In this document: piece after piece, positions 1 to 9,151 of the stretch
How positions within the stretch are numbered: the stretch's first letter is position 1
How the letters are laid out: every line of letters starts with the position of its first letter
Translations under genes and position numbers: made by a program
The notes under the pieces: model-generated
What the model was told of the DNA's origin: nothing
The model's database searches: none
What the model saw: only the letters and a program-made list of their open reading frames with translations
Assembly (NCBI GenBank): GCA_964517445.1
Contig: CAZFCH010000001.1
Coordinates: 2,474 to 66,473 of the forward strand
Length of the DNA: 64,000 nt
Direction of reading: 5' to 3'
Origin: an uncultured Oscillospiraceae bacterium
Lineage (GTDB): Bacteria > Bacillota > Clostridia > Oscillospirales > Oscillospiraceae

Positions 1-314
1 ACAGACAGGCTCTGATGCGTATAAAGTGCGCCGACCGTCAGTGAGATGACACCGAGGATCAGGTAAGGAATATAAATGTGCAGGTAATTTACGTAGTATT
101 TCACCGTGGGCTTTTTGCGATTCTGCAAATAGCCGGAGAGCATCAGGAACAGCGGCACACAGGACGCCGACAGCAGCCACAGCCCGGTCAGCAGATAACC
201 GCTCACGCCGGATATGGGATTTGCGGTTAAGCTGCCGTTACCTATGCTGTGCAGGCATGCGACCAGAATCACGGCAAAGCCGCGTATTACATCGAGCGAA
301 GCGTTTCTTTTCAT
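1..314 (-). CDS. Acyltransferase family 3 (OafA/YrhL-like) membrane protein, N-terminal part; the CDS runs off the left edge
   Basis: My own minus-strand translation from the ATG at 314 gives MKRNASLDVIRGFAVILVACLHS...CVPLFLMLSGYLQ. This is the typical N-terminal signature of acyltransferase_3 proteins. The ORF is open to position 1. Confidence 0.6.
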   Translation of the reverse strand, partial: MKRNASLDVIRGFAVILVACLHSIGNGSLTANPISGVSGYLLTGLWLLSASCVPLFLMLSGYLQNRKKPTVKYYVNYLHIYIPYLILGVISLTVGALYTHQSLS

Positions 315-339
315 GTGCTGCTCCCCGCTTTTCGTATCA

Positions 340-747
340 TCAGACGCAGCCGACGGTAAGAAGGATATTCGCAAAGGGTCTTTCCTCGCCGGTTGAGATT
401 GCCAGCTCTACGACAGGCTCGCAGCATGCATCATAAAACTCATATCTCCCCAGCATCTTTGCCGGAACGCCCGGGAGCAATTCTCTGAATTCGTCGAAAA
501 TCTGCGGCTCCTCTCCCGACTCCGGAAGCATAAGCTCCATCGCTTCGAACTTCTCAACGCTCAGCAACGTCTCCAGAACCTCAGGCACGGTCGGTTTTCC
601 CGGTGTCAGGCCAAGATATATACGTTGCGCGTTGGGGGCTTTCGCCTTTAACGGGTAGTTTCCGTCGGCAATCAGGACCTTGCTGCCATGACCGCACAGG
701 GAAAGATACTGCACTATTTCGGGGTGAATAAGTTTTCCTTTCAGCAT
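340..747 (-). CDS. RbsD/FucU family sugar mutarotase (D-ribose pyranase / L-fucose mutarotase-like)
   Basis: 135 aa. The GHGSKVLIADGNYP and RYEFY...ISTGEERPFANILL motifs resemble E. coli FucU/RbsD. It ends 25 nt upstream of the acyltransferase gene. Confidence 0.75.
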   Translation of the reverse strand: MLKGKLIHPEIVQYLSLCGHGSKVLIADGNYPLKAKAPNAQRIYLGLTPGKPTVPEVLETLLSVEKFEAMELMLPESGEEPQIFDEFRELLPGVPAKMLGRYEFYDACCEPVVELAISTGEERPFANILLTVGCV

Positions 748-822
748 AGTGTTTCTGTCTCCTCTTCTTTAAATTTATTCAGTGCGCCCTTATTTTTACA
801 TCCGCAAAAAGGTGCGCGCCTT

Positions 823-3800
823 TTATTTTACCACTACATTCTTTTCGCCGAGCATCTCCTGAAGCTCCGCGACGAGCCCTTCGTGTATCAGGCACCGTGT
901 GCCGATGCGCTTTTTTTCTCTGTCACAGTAAATTATCATCTGCTGCTTGCCGGGGAACATCATAAGGATGAGCTTGATGCGGTCAAGGATCGGGTCCGTC
1001 TCGCTGCTGAGCTTGACCCAGAGTTTCTTTTCCGCGGGAGGCGGCGCGTTGCTGCCGGGTGCATTCATGTCCGAGAGCGGACGTATGGACTCGACGACTA
1101 TCTGCGGCTCCTTCTCATCGCGTATTGAGATACGCCCCTTAATGACAAGCGCAGCATTATCCTTGATGTACGCCCCGCCTGAATCGAGAGCCCGCTGGAA
1201 AGCCATCAGCTCCATAGAGCCGGTGTCGTCCTCAAGCTGGATATAGCTCATAAGGGTGTTGTTGCGCGTCGTTCTCGTCTTGGATGAGGCGACGACGCCC
1301 GCGACGGTCACAAGCTGGTTATCGGCGAAGCGATGCGGCCCGTCATCGGAGGTGAGGTCGCCCATCAGCGTGCCGAGCGGTACTGCGCCGATTCTGCGCA
1401 CAGCATCGCGGTAGCCGTCCATCGGGTGGCCGCTGAGATAAAGTCCAGTAGTTTCTTTTTCCAGCAGCATTTTTTCAAGTGAAGAATACTCCTCGATATC
1501 GGGTATCCTTATCACTGCTGGTGCCTTCTGCCCGTTGTCGCTGAAGTCTCCGAACAGGTCGAGCTGGCCGGAGATATTGTCCCGCTGTGCCTGAGCAATG
1601 CTGTCGATTATCGCGCCGGAGACCTGAATGAGTGCGCGGCGCTTATAGCCCATGGAATCAAATGCGCCGGCCTTTATGAGGTTATCGACAGCGCGGCGGT
1701 TAAGTTCGCTGCCGTTCATGCGGCGGCAGAAATCTTCAAAGCTCTGGAACAGACCGCCGCGCTCGCGCTCGGCGACCAGACCTTCCACTGCACCCCATCC
1801 CATTCCCTTGATGGCCACAAGGCCATAGCGGATATTAGAGCCGCTGACGGTGAAGTGTGCGCCGGATTCGTTGACGTCGGGCGGCAGCAGCTTTATGCCC
1901 ATATCTCGGCACTCGGCAATGTATTCGGCGATTTTTGCGCTGTTTTCAAGTACGCTCGTCAGCAGTGCCGCCATGTATTCGGCGGGATAGTGCCGTTTCA
2001 TGTACGCCGTGCGGTAGGCGACGATGGCATAGCTTACCGCGTGGGCTTTGTTGAATGCGTAGCTTGCGAAATCCAGTATCTCGTCATAGATGCTGTTTGC
2101 GACCTGCTCGCTCACGCCGTTGGCAACAGCGCCGGGGATATTGCGGCTCGGATCGCCGTGGACGAACGCGACCCGCTCGGCGTCGATGACCTTGTGCTTT
2201 TTCTTCGACATTGCGCGGCGGATCATATCCGCCTGACCGAGCGAGAAACCGCCGAGACGGCGGAATATTTCAATAACCTGCTCCTGATACACGATACAGC
2301 CGTAGGTAACATCAAGTATCGGACGCAGCAGTTCATGCTTGTAGGTGACCTTCTCCGGGTGCGCCGAACACTCGATGAAGCGCGGTATGCTGTCCATCGG
2401 CCCCGGACGGTAGAGCGCGATTATAGCGGTGATATCTTCAATGCTCTTTGGCTTGAGCCCGGTGCACACGCCGGTCATTCCCGTGCTTTCAAGCTGGAAC
2501 ACTCCGCAGGTGCGCCCGGCGGCAAGCATATCATAGGTCGCCTTGTCGTCATCGGGCACATCCTCTATGCGAAAGTCCGGCTCGTGACGACGCACTGACT
2601 GCACCGCATCGTCAAGCACGGTCAGGTTTCTCAAGCCGAGAAAGTCCATCTTGAGAAGGCCCAGCTCTTCAAGCGTCGTCATCTGGTACTGGCACACGAC
2701 GGAATCATCGTTCTTTGCCAGCGGCACATATTCGTAAACCGGCTTTTCGGTTATCACGACGCCTGCCGCATGAGTCGAAGCGTGGCGCGGCATACCCTCA
2801 AGAGCTCTGGCGACATCGATAAGGCGCTTTAAGGTCTCGTCACTCTCGTACATTTCCTTGAGCGGCTTTGACAGGCGCAGCGCTTCGTCGAGCGTCATGT
2901 TCAGTGCGCCCGGTCCGGATGGCACCTGCTTTGCCACAGCGTCCGTCTCCGCATAGCTGACAGAGAGTGCACGCCCAACATCGCGTACGGCATTACGCGC
3001 AGCCATCGTCCCGAATGTGACGATCTGCGCGACATGGTCGCTGCCGTAGAGACGGCGTACATAGTCGATGACCTCTCCGCGGCGGTTGACACAGAAGTCC
3101 ACGTCGATATCCGGCATTGATACGCGCTCCGGGTTCAGGAAGCGCTCAAAGAACAGGTTGTATTTTATCGGGTCGACATCGGTGATATGCAGGCAGTAGG
3201 ACACGACGCTTCCCGCAGCGCTGCCGCGTCCGGGGCCGACGGGAATGCCGTTTCGTTTGGCGTAGCCAATGAAGTCCGAAACAATCAAAAAGTAATCCAC
3301 AAAGCCCATGCGGTGGATTATATCGAGCTCGTATTCGAGCTGGGAGTGAACCTCCGGTCTGTCGGCAAAGCGTTCGGCAAAGCCCTTTTCACACAGCTTT
3401 TTAAGGTATTCGTAGCTGTCCGTCTCCCCGTCAGGAAGCTTGAAGCGCGGCAGGAAATAATGTCCGAACTGGAAATCGTAATTGCAGCGCGCAGCGATAT
3501 CGACAGTGTTGTCGGCCGCCTCCGGCACCTCCGGGTACAGCGCGCGCATCTCCTCTTCACTCTTGAGGTAGAGCTCCTGCGTCTCGAATCGCATGCGCCC
3601 CGGGTCGTCGACGGTTTTGCCCATCTGGATACACATGAGGACGTCCTGATAATAAGCGTCCTTTTTCTCGATATAGTGCGCGTCGTTCGTCACGACAAGC
3701 GGGATACCGGTATCGCGGTGCAGACGGATGAGCTCGCGTCCTGCGGTCTGCTCGTCCTCAATGTCGTGATCCTGAATTTCGAGATAGAAATTATCTTTTC

Positions 3801-4296
3801 CGAAAAGCTCCTCCAGCTCCAAAGCCTTGGCTTTTGCGGCCTCATATTCCCCGCGAATGAGCTTCTGGGGGATGTAGCCGGCAAGGCAGCCGGACAGGCA
3901 TATAAGTCCTTCGGCGTGTTCGTGCAGCATCGACCAATCTATGCGCGGCTTAATGTAGAAACCCTCGGTGAAACCCGCAGAGACGAGGTAGCACAGGTTG
4001 CGGTAGCCTGTCTCGTTCTTGCACAGGAGAATCAAATGAGAATAGTTGTTGTCGATCCCGTGCTCCTTGTCGCTCATGTTGCGCGGGGCGACATAGACCT
4101 CGCAGCCGATGATTGGCTTTACGCCCGCGGCTTTGCACGCGCGGTAGAAATTGACCGCACCGTACATTACACCGTGATCGGTGATTGCGACAGCGTCCTG
4201 TCCCAGCTCCTTTATACGCTCTGCCAGCTTTTCAATACGGCAGGCACCGTCGAGCAGGGAATACTCGCTATGCACATGAAGATGAACAAACGACAT
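823..4296 (-). CDS. dnaE: DNA polymerase III alpha subunit (DnaE type)
   Basis: 1157 aa. It has an N-terminal PHP domain (MSFVHLHVHSEYSLLDG) and full-length polymerase core motifs. Confidence 0.97.
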   Translation of the reverse strand: MSFVHLHVHSEYSLLDGACRIEKLAERIKELGQDAVAITDHGVMYGAVNFYRACKAAGVKPIIGCEVYVAPRNMSDKEHGIDNNYSHLILLCKNETGYRNLCYLVSAGFTEGFYIKPRIDWSMLHEHAEGLICLSGCLAGYIPQKLIRGEYEAAKAKALELEELFGKDNFYLEIQDHDIEDEQTAGRELIRLHRDTGIPLVVTNDAHYIEKKDAYYQDVLMCIQMGKTVDDPGRMRFETQELYLKSEEEMRALYPEVPEAADNTVDIAARCNYDFQFGHYFLPRFKLPDGETDSYEYLKKLCEKGFAERFADRPEVHSQLEYELDIIHRMGFVDYFLIVSDFIGYAKRNGIPVGPGRGSAAGSVVSYCLHITDVDPIKYNLFFERFLNPERVSMPDIDVDFCVNRRGEVIDYVRRLYGSDHVAQIVTFGTMAARNAVRDVGRALSVSYAETDAVAKQVPSGPGALNMTLDEALRLSKPLKEMYESDETLKRLIDVARALEGMPRHASTHAAGVVITEKPVYEYVPLAKNDDSVVCQYQMTTLEELGLLKMDFLGLRNLTVLDDAVQSVRRHEPDFRIEDVPDDDKATYDMLAAGRTCGVFQLESTGMTGVCTGLKPKSIEDITAIIALYRPGPMDSIPRFIECSAHPEKVTYKHELLRPILDVTYGCIVYQEQVIEIFRRLGGFSLGQADMIRRAMSKKKHKVIDAERVAFVHGDPSRNIPGAVANGVSEQVANSIYDEILDFASYAFNKAHAVSYAIVAYRTAYMKRHYPAEYMAALLTSVLENSAKIAEYIAECRDMGIKLLPPDVNESGAHFTVSGSNIRYGLVAIKGMGWGAVEGLVAERERGGLFQSFEDFCRRMNGSELNRRAVDNLIKAGAFDSMGYKRRALIQVSGAIIDSIAQAQRDNISGQLDLFGDFSDNGQKAPAVIRIPDIEEYSSLEKMLLEKETTGLYLSGHPMDGYRDAVRRIGAVPLGTLMGDLTSDDGPHRFADNQLVTVAGVVASSKTRTTRNNTLMSYIQLEDDTGSMELMAFQRALDSGGAYIKDNAALVIKGRISIRDEKEPQIVVESIRPLSDMNAPGSNAPPPAEKKLWVKLSSETDPILDRIKLILMMFPGKQQMIIYCDREKKRIGTRCLIHEGLVAELQEMLGEKNVVVK

Positions 4297-4300
4297 ATTT

Positions 4301-5203
4301 TTATTCTTCCTCGGGCTTGAAGCCCATTATCTTTTTGAAACGATGGTTGAGACAGCTCTTTGTAACCGGCGGATAACTCAGCGTGGCAAGGTCCGCAAGA
4401 CTCGCTGCAGGGTTTGCAATGCGCAGAAGCGCCGCGTCTTTAAGCGGCTCCGGCAGTGCGTCAAGTCCGTATTCCTTCGCGATGCGGCGGATGGCGTTCA
4501 TCTGTTCCTGCGCGGCGGCAACGGTCTTATCGGTATTGTGGCTGTCGCAGTTTATCTGTCGGTTGACAGTGTTGCACATTTCCTTTTCGACCTTTGCGGT
4601 CATAATGTCCATGGCCGTTCCGCTTGCGCCGATTGTTGTGAAGAAGTCGGCAATAGTGTCGGCCTGTTTAAAGTAGAGCAGGCTGTTTCCTGCGCGCTCT
4701 GTCTCCTTTGGAGTGAAGCCCATGTCCAGCAAAATCGAATATGCCTCGCGGCTGACGCTGTGGTGTGAAGTCGCAAGTTCAAGATGGTAGCGCTTCTCCG
4801 GATCAGTGACGCTTCCGCCTGCGAGAAACGCACCGCGGATAAATGACGCACGGCAGCAGTCCTCTTCAATGATGCCGAAGTTTATATGGTGCGACAGCGT
4901 CGCGCCGCGATTGGCACCGAAGGCGTCAAAAATTGCGGAGAGCTTGTCTGCATCGGTTATCGAGAGCGTGCGCTTGCCCTCCGCTCCTTCGGGGGGAAGG
5001 CGGTCAAAGCTCACGCCGAATGCCTTGCGGAAGAGTTTCGGCAGACGGGCTGCAAACTCCGGGCTTGCGGTAATCACGCGTATCTCATTTGCGGAAAAGG
5101 TGTTGCAGTAGAGCAGTACGCCGTAGCTCTCAGCGATGGCGCAGCATTTTCTGTCGGGACGTGCCTGACACAGCTCGGCCTTCGCGCGGGACGAAAATGA
5201 CAT
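4301..5203 (-). CDS. whiA: DNA-binding sporulation/cell-division regulator WhiA
   Basis: 300 aa starting MSFSSRAKAELC, with a LAGLIDADG-like core and a C-terminal HTH. It sits immediately downstream of rapZ. Confidence 0.93.
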   Translation of the reverse strand: MSFSSRAKAELCQARPDRKCCAIAESYGVLLYCNTFSANEIRVITASPEFAARLPKLFRKAFGVSFDRLPPEGAEGKRTLSITDADKLSAIFDAFGANRGATLSHHINFGIIEEDCCRASFIRGAFLAGGSVTDPEKRYHLELATSHHSVSREAYSILLDMGFTPKETERAGNSLLYFKQADTIADFFTTIGASGTAMDIMTAKVEKEMCNTVNRQINCDSHNTDKTVAAAQEQMNAIRRIAKEYGLDALPEPLKDAALLRIANPAASLADLATLSYPPVTKSCLNHRFKKIMGFKPEEE

Positions 5204-5214
5204 GGCGGCCTCTC

Positions 5215-6072
5215 CTACTTGTCCAGATCGCGGTTGACGTTGACGGCACTGACCCCGTCGGCGACGAGGTAATCCGTCAGTGCCGCGGCGATAGCGACGC
5301 TTCTGTGGTGCCCGCCGGTGCAGCCGATAGCGACGGTCAGTGAAAGCTTGCCTTCCTCTATATACATCGGCAGCAGGAAATCGAGCATGTCCTCTATCTT
5401 TTCCATAAAGGTGCGCGTCTGCTGATAGCCGAACACGAACTCCGCCACAGGTCGGTCAAGCCCGCAGAGCGGGCGCAGCTCTTCGACATAGAAGGGGTTC
5501 GGCAGAAAACGCACATCGAACACCAAGTCTGCCTCCATTGGCAGGCCGTGCTTATATCCGAAGGACATGACGGTCACGTCTATCTCGCGTTTTTCCCCGT
5601 TGGGGGCAAAGAGTGAAAAGAGCTTGTTCTGGAGCATGCCGAGAGTGAGGTTTGAGCTGTTGACGATGAAGTCCGCCCGCTCGCGTACCGGTGCAAGCAG
5701 ATCCATCTCCTTATGCACGGCGTCCTCGACAGATGTGCCGCGCGTGGCAAGCGGGTGCGGGCGGCGGGATTCCTTATAGCGCCGCACGATGGTGCGCACA
5801 TCCGCGTCCATGTACAGGATGCGCACACTGCAGTTCATCTCCTTGAGCTGGTCAATAGTCTTGAGCAGTTCCCCGAAACCGTTCTTCTCGCGCACGTCCG
5901 TCACGAGGGCAACATTTTCATATCGTCCGCCTGTGGCGATGCACAGTTCCGCAAAGCGCGGCATAAGCTCGACCGGCATATTGTCCACGCAGTAGTAGTC
6001 AAGATCCTCCATCACGTCCGCGGCGCGGCTCTTGCCTGCCCCGGACAGGCCGGTGATAATCAAAAATTCCAT
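5215..6072 (-). CDS. rapZ: RNase adapter / nucleotide-binding protein RapZ (YvcJ)
   Basis: 285 aa with a Walker A motif (GLSGAGKS) at the N-terminus and a CTGGHHRSV motif near the C-terminus. Confidence 0.93.
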   Translation of the reverse strand: MEFLIITGLSGAGKSRAADVMEDLDYYCVDNMPVELMPRFAELCIATGGRYENVALVTDVREKNGFGELLKTIDQLKEMNCSVRILYMDADVRTIVRRYKESRRPHPLATRGTSVEDAVHKEMDLLAPVRERADFIVNSSNLTLGMLQNKLFSLFAPNGEKREIDVTVMSFGYKHGLPMEADLVFDVRFLPNPFYVEELRPLCGLDRPVAEFVFGYQQTRTFMEKIEDMLDFLLPMYIEEGKLSLTVAIGCTGGHHRSVAIAAALTDYLVADGVSAVNVNRDLDK

Positions 6073-6084
6073 TTATTTCTCCCG

Positions 6085-7113
6085 TCAGTTCTCCGGCTTC
6101 TCCTGCTCCGCGGCAGCGTCCATCTCCGCCTCCAGCCCTCCGACCACACGGTTGAGCGGAACCTCGGGGCCGTTGTCGGTCAGAGCATAGTCCGGCGGCA
6201 GAATTATCATCTCCGGCACAAGCACCGTACCGGATTTTTCATATACGGTCTTTCTTATGTGCATCATCAGGTCATAAACGTCGTGCGAGGTCGCCTTTCC
6301 GGTGTTCACGACAAAACCCGCGTGCTTTTCCGATACCTGCGCTCCGCCGACGGTGTAGCCCTTGAGCCCCGCTTCATCAATGAGCGCGGCGGCGTAGCCG
6401 TTCTCAGGACGTCTGAAAGCGCTGCCCGCAGATGGCATGTCGAGCGGCTGCTTATCGCGGCGGCGTTGGTTAAGCTCGCGCATTTTCGCGGCGATGGCTT
6501 CGCCGTCGCCCTTCTTGAGGCGGAACACGGCGGAGAAGATAACGCAGCCGGGTGTTTTCTGGAAAAAGCTCGTTCGGTAGCCGAAAGCACAGTTGTCATG
6601 CGGCATTTCGTACAGGCTCTGGTCAGGCAGATAATAGAACACGACGCTCTCGACCGCATCTTTCAGCTCGCCGCCGTACGCGCCCGCGTTCATTATCACG
6701 CCGCCGCCGACGCTTCCGGGAATACCGGATGCAAACTCCAGTCCCTCAAGGCCGTTCTGCTGCGCAAAGCCCGCGAGCTTTGCCAGCGACACTCCGGCTT
6801 CTGCATAGATTGCATCCTCGCCGATCATAAACAGCTTGCCGAGCTTTGCGGTGCTGACAATGAAGAGGTCACTCAAACCCTCGTCCGGGAAAAGGATGTT
6901 CGTCCCGTTGCCGATTATATACGGGGCAAGCTTGTACTTTTTGAGCAGATAGCATATCTTTGAAAGGCTCGTCACATCCGATGGGATCGCAAGCACTCTC
7001 GCAGGGCCGCCTATGCGGAATGAGCAGTGTTCGCTCATCGGTTCGTTTTCCCTCAGCTCAAGGCCGGGCATAGCTTCCTTTATTTCGGCAATGGCGTTTT
7101 CAAGCTGTTCCAT
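6085..7113 (-). CDS. murB: UDP-N-acetylenolpyruvoylglucosamine reductase
   Basis: 342 aa. It has an FAD-binding domain (FRIGGPA, GNGTNILF) and the MurB C-terminal domain (SAGSAFRRP). Confidence 0.93.
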   Translation of the reverse strand: MEQLENAIAEIKEAMPGLELRENEPMSEHCSFRIGGPARVLAIPSDVTSLSKICYLLKKYKLAPYIIGNGTNILFPDEGLSDLFIVSTAKLGKLFMIGEDAIYAEAGVSLAKLAGFAQQNGLEGLEFASGIPGSVGGGVIMNAGAYGGELKDAVESVVFYYLPDQSLYEMPHDNCAFGYRTSFFQKTPGCVIFSAVFRLKKGDGEAIAAKMRELNQRRRDKQPLDMPSAGSAFRRPENGYAAALIDEAGLKGYTVGGAQVSEKHAGFVVNTGKATSHDVYDLMMHIRKTVYEKSGTVLVPEMIILPPDYALTDNGPEVPLNRVVGGLEAEMDAAAEQEKPEN

Positions 7114-7127
7114 TTACGCTTCTCCAA

Positions 7128-8072
7128 TCATAAAAGTCCGAGATCGATTGCTCTGTCGTGCTCGGCAGTCAGAGCCTCCGCAGCGTTGTAGCCCATCTTC
7201 TTCTGGCGGTTGTTCATCGCGGCAAGCTCCATGATAACAGCAAGGTTTCTGCCGGGGCGGACAGGGATTGTTACCTGCGGCAGACTCACTCCGAGAAAGC
7301 TTGCTGTCTCGTTCGTGAGACCGAGCCGGTCGTAGGCCTTGCCGTCCTCCCAAGGCTCCATGCTCACCACGAGGTCTATGTTCGTCTCCGGCTTTACAGC
7401 GCCCATGCCGTAAAGGTGCCGGACATTTATCACGCCGATGCCGCGCAGCTCCATGTAGTAGCGTATGAGCTCCGGAGCGCTGCCGACGAGAGTGTCGCGG
7501 CTGATGCGCTTCACCTCAACGGCATCGTCGGCAATGAGCCGGTGGCCGCGCTTTATAAGCTCCAGCGCCGTCTCGCTCTTGCCTATGCCGCTGTCGCCGA
7601 TGAGCAGCAGCCCCTCGCCGTAGACCTCGACAAGCACACCATGCGTCGTAATGCGCGGGGCAAGGTGCTTGCGCAGAGAAGTGATGACGTCGGCCTGAAA
7701 TTCTGAGGTGTCCTCATTTGTTATGAATACGTTGCGGTCGTACTTCTCGGCCATCTCTATACACTCGGGGAAGGCCGGCACGCTGTGGCAGATAACCAGG
7801 CCCGCGATGTCGTACTGCATAAAGCGCTCAAGCGCGGCGCGGCGCTCATCGGATGTGAGCGTGTCAAGATACGTGCTCTCGACGCGCCCCATGATCTGCA
7901 GGCGCTTCGGGTCGAAGTAATTATAAAAGCCGGTGAGCTGCATGGCCGGACGGTTTATATCTGCGGTCGTCAGCAGCGCGGATTCATAGTCCTTTGAAAG
8001 GTGCAGAGGGTGAAGATTGTGAGCCTCCACGATTGTTTTCAGTTTCACGGAATAGTTGCCGTTGCGTTTCAT
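7128..8072 (-). CDS. hprK: HPr kinase/phosphorylase
   Basis: P-loop GDSGIGKSETALELIKRGHRLIADD. I moved the start from the ORF-track Met (8105) to the ATG at 8072, which follows AGGAGG by 8 nt. Confidence 0.93.
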   Translation of the reverse strand: MKRNGNYSVKLKTIVEAHNLHPLHLSKDYESALLTTADINRPAMQLTGFYNYFDPKRLQIMGRVESTYLDTLTSDERRAALERFMQYDIAGLVICHSVPAFPECIEMAEKYDRNVFITNEDTSEFQADVITSLRKHLAPRITTHGVLVEVYGEGLLLIGDSGIGKSETALELIKRGHRLIADDAVEVKRISRDTLVGSAPELIRYYMELRGIGVINVRHLYGMGAVKPETNIDLVVSMEPWEDGKAYDRLGLTNETASFLGVSLPQVTIPVRPGRNLAVIMELAAMNNRQKKMGYNAAEALTAEHDRAIDLGLL

Positions 8073-8212
8073 GTGCACAGCCTCCTGAGAGATACTTTTA
8101 CTCATATTATATATTAATCGTTTCCGGCGTATTTGGCAACAGCTTTTGTGTCCCGGATGGTAGTTTCTGCTTTTTGCTTAAAAGAAAATTTGCTCATTTA
8201 CATAATTTGTTC

Positions 8213-8241
8213 TTGCATTTGCTCGACGGTTCTGCTATTAT
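8213..8241 (+). promoter_or_regulatory. Sigma-A-type promoter candidate for rpmB (TTGCAT-17-TATTAT)
   Basis: The -35 TTGCAT is at 8213-8218, followed by a 17-nt spacer and the -10 TATTAT at 8236-8241. It lies about 50 nt upstream of the rpmB start. Confidence 0.45.
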
Positions 8242-8290
8242 ATAAAAGCTGTCTATTCAGCGAAACACAAGCAAGGAGGTGCTTCAATCA

Positions 8291-8506
8291 ATGGCAAAGT
8301 GCGAATTTTGTGATAAGGGCGTTACCTTCGGCATCAAGGTCAGCCACTCCCACAGAAGATCCAACCGTGCATGGAAGCCCAATGTGAAGCGCGTCAAGGC
8401 CATCGTGGACGGAAGCCCCAAGCATGTTTACGTCTGCACTCGTTGCCTGCGCAGCGGCAAGGTTGTCCGCGCAGTGGACGAAGATAAGGTCACCCGCGCT
8501 GTGTAA
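8291..8506 (+). CDS. rpmB: 50S ribosomal protein L28
   Basis: MAKCEFCDKGVTFGIKVSHSHRRSNRAWKPNVKRVKA...VCTRCLRSGKV. I chose the ATG at 8291 because L28 starts MAK; the GTG at 8279 overlaps the SD. Confidence 0.93.
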   Translation: MAKCEFCDKGVTFGIKVSHSHRRSNRAWKPNVKRVKAIVDGSPKHVYVCTRCLRSGKVVRAVDEDKVTRAV

Positions 8507-8530
8507 TTTAATTTTAAAATTACCCGAAAC

Positions 8531-8560
8531 GAGCCTGTCTGTAAAAGACGGGCTCTTTTC
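8531..8560 (+). terminator. Rho-independent terminator after rpmB
   Basis: Stem GAGCCTGTCT / AGACGGGCTC (one G-U pair) followed by TTTT. Confidence 0.7.
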
Positions 8561-8686
8561 GGTTCTGCTCATTATAAAGGCAGCCGTCTTAATAAACAAT
8601 ATGTTGTGTGTTTTTCCCCGCAAATCCACAATAAATGAGCGCGGCAAAAAATATGCAAAAAATGCCGAGAAATTTTGAAAAACCTC

Positions 8687-8715
8687 TTGCTTTTCAAGGC
8701 TTTCTTTGATATAAT
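8687..8715 (+). promoter_or_regulatory. Sigma-A-type promoter candidate for rpsT (TTGCTT-17-TATAAT with TG extension)
   Basis: The -35 is at 8687-8692 and the -10 TATAAT at 8710-8715, preceded by TGa. It lies about 55 nt upstream of rpsT. Confidence 0.5.
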
Positions 8716-8771
8716 CTCTAAACGCGAGTCGATGTAGACTCAATTTTATAGGAGGAGGTGGCGATTGAAGC

Positions 8772-9035
8772 ATGGCCAACATTAAATCTTCTGCAAAGAG
8801 AGACGTTAAGTCCAAGGAACTCAGAGCCAAGAATCGCGCTGATAAGACCGAGCTCAAGACCATGATGAAAAAATTTGACGCAGCCGTTGCCGAGGGCAAC
8901 CGTGACAATGCCGTCAGTGCCTATAAAGTTGCTGTTAAGACAGTCGACCGCGCGGCCGGCAAGGGTCTGCTGCACAAGAACAACGCGGCGCACAAGAAGT
9001 CCGCAATGGCAAGCAAGCTCAACGAGATGGCTTAA
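8772..9035 (+). CDS. rpsT: 30S ribosomal protein S20
   Basis: 87 aa starting MANIKSSAKRDVKSKELRAKNR, the typical S20 N-terminus. GGAGGAGGTGG lies upstream. Confidence 0.95.
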   Translation: MANIKSSAKRDVKSKELRAKNRADKTELKTMMKKFDAAVAEGNRDNAVSAYKVAVKTVDRAAGKGLLHKNNAAHKKSAMASKLNEMA

Positions 9036-9047
9036 TTGAAATGAAAC

Positions 9048-9078
9048 AACGAGATGCGTTCGCCGCATCTCGTTTTTC
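9048..9078 (+). terminator. Rho-independent terminator after rpsT
   Basis: Stem AACGAGATGCG / CGCATCTCGTT with a 5-nt loop, followed by a T-run. Confidence 0.8.
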
Positions 9079-9094
9079 GTTTATGCTTTTTTTA

Positions 9095-9136
9095 CAGCAA
9101 AAGGCGACTGCTTCCCCATTTTTGAGGAGGCAGTCG
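9095..9136 (-). terminator. Probable terminator of the metallophosphoesterase gene
   Basis: On the minus strand, stem CGACTGCCTCC / GGAAGCAGTCG (one wobble) is followed by CCTTTTGCTG. Confidence 0.5.
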
Positions 9137-9151
9137 TTCTCTCATCAAGAT

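Noticed and set aside
748-822. Direct-repeat-like GTGCGC(C)CTT motifs and a weak hairpin (AAAAGG-TGCGCG-CCTTTT) downstream of dnaE.
   Set aside because: This is probably just a weak intrinsic terminator for dnaE. The stem is only 6 bp and AT-rich at its ends, so I did not list it as a confident feature.
5713-6963. Long antisense ORFs opposite well-supported genes. Examples: 5713-6963 (+), 14473-15795 (-), 20536-21990 (-), 30359-31558 (+), 37741-39069 (-), 57980-59287 (+) and 61180-62220 (+).
   Set aside because: These are typical shadow ORFs of a high-GC genome. Their translations are Arg/Ala/His/Gly-rich low-complexity sequences with no recognisable motifs and no SD. Each fully overlaps a gene with strong family signatures on the other strand.
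8618-8630. DnaA-box-like 9-mers, for example AAATCCACA near 8622 and ATATCCACA near 27075, as a hint of a replication origin.
   Set aside because: These are isolated imperfect matches, one of them inside a CDS. There is no cluster, no adjacent AT-rich unwinding element, and no dnaA/dnaN context.
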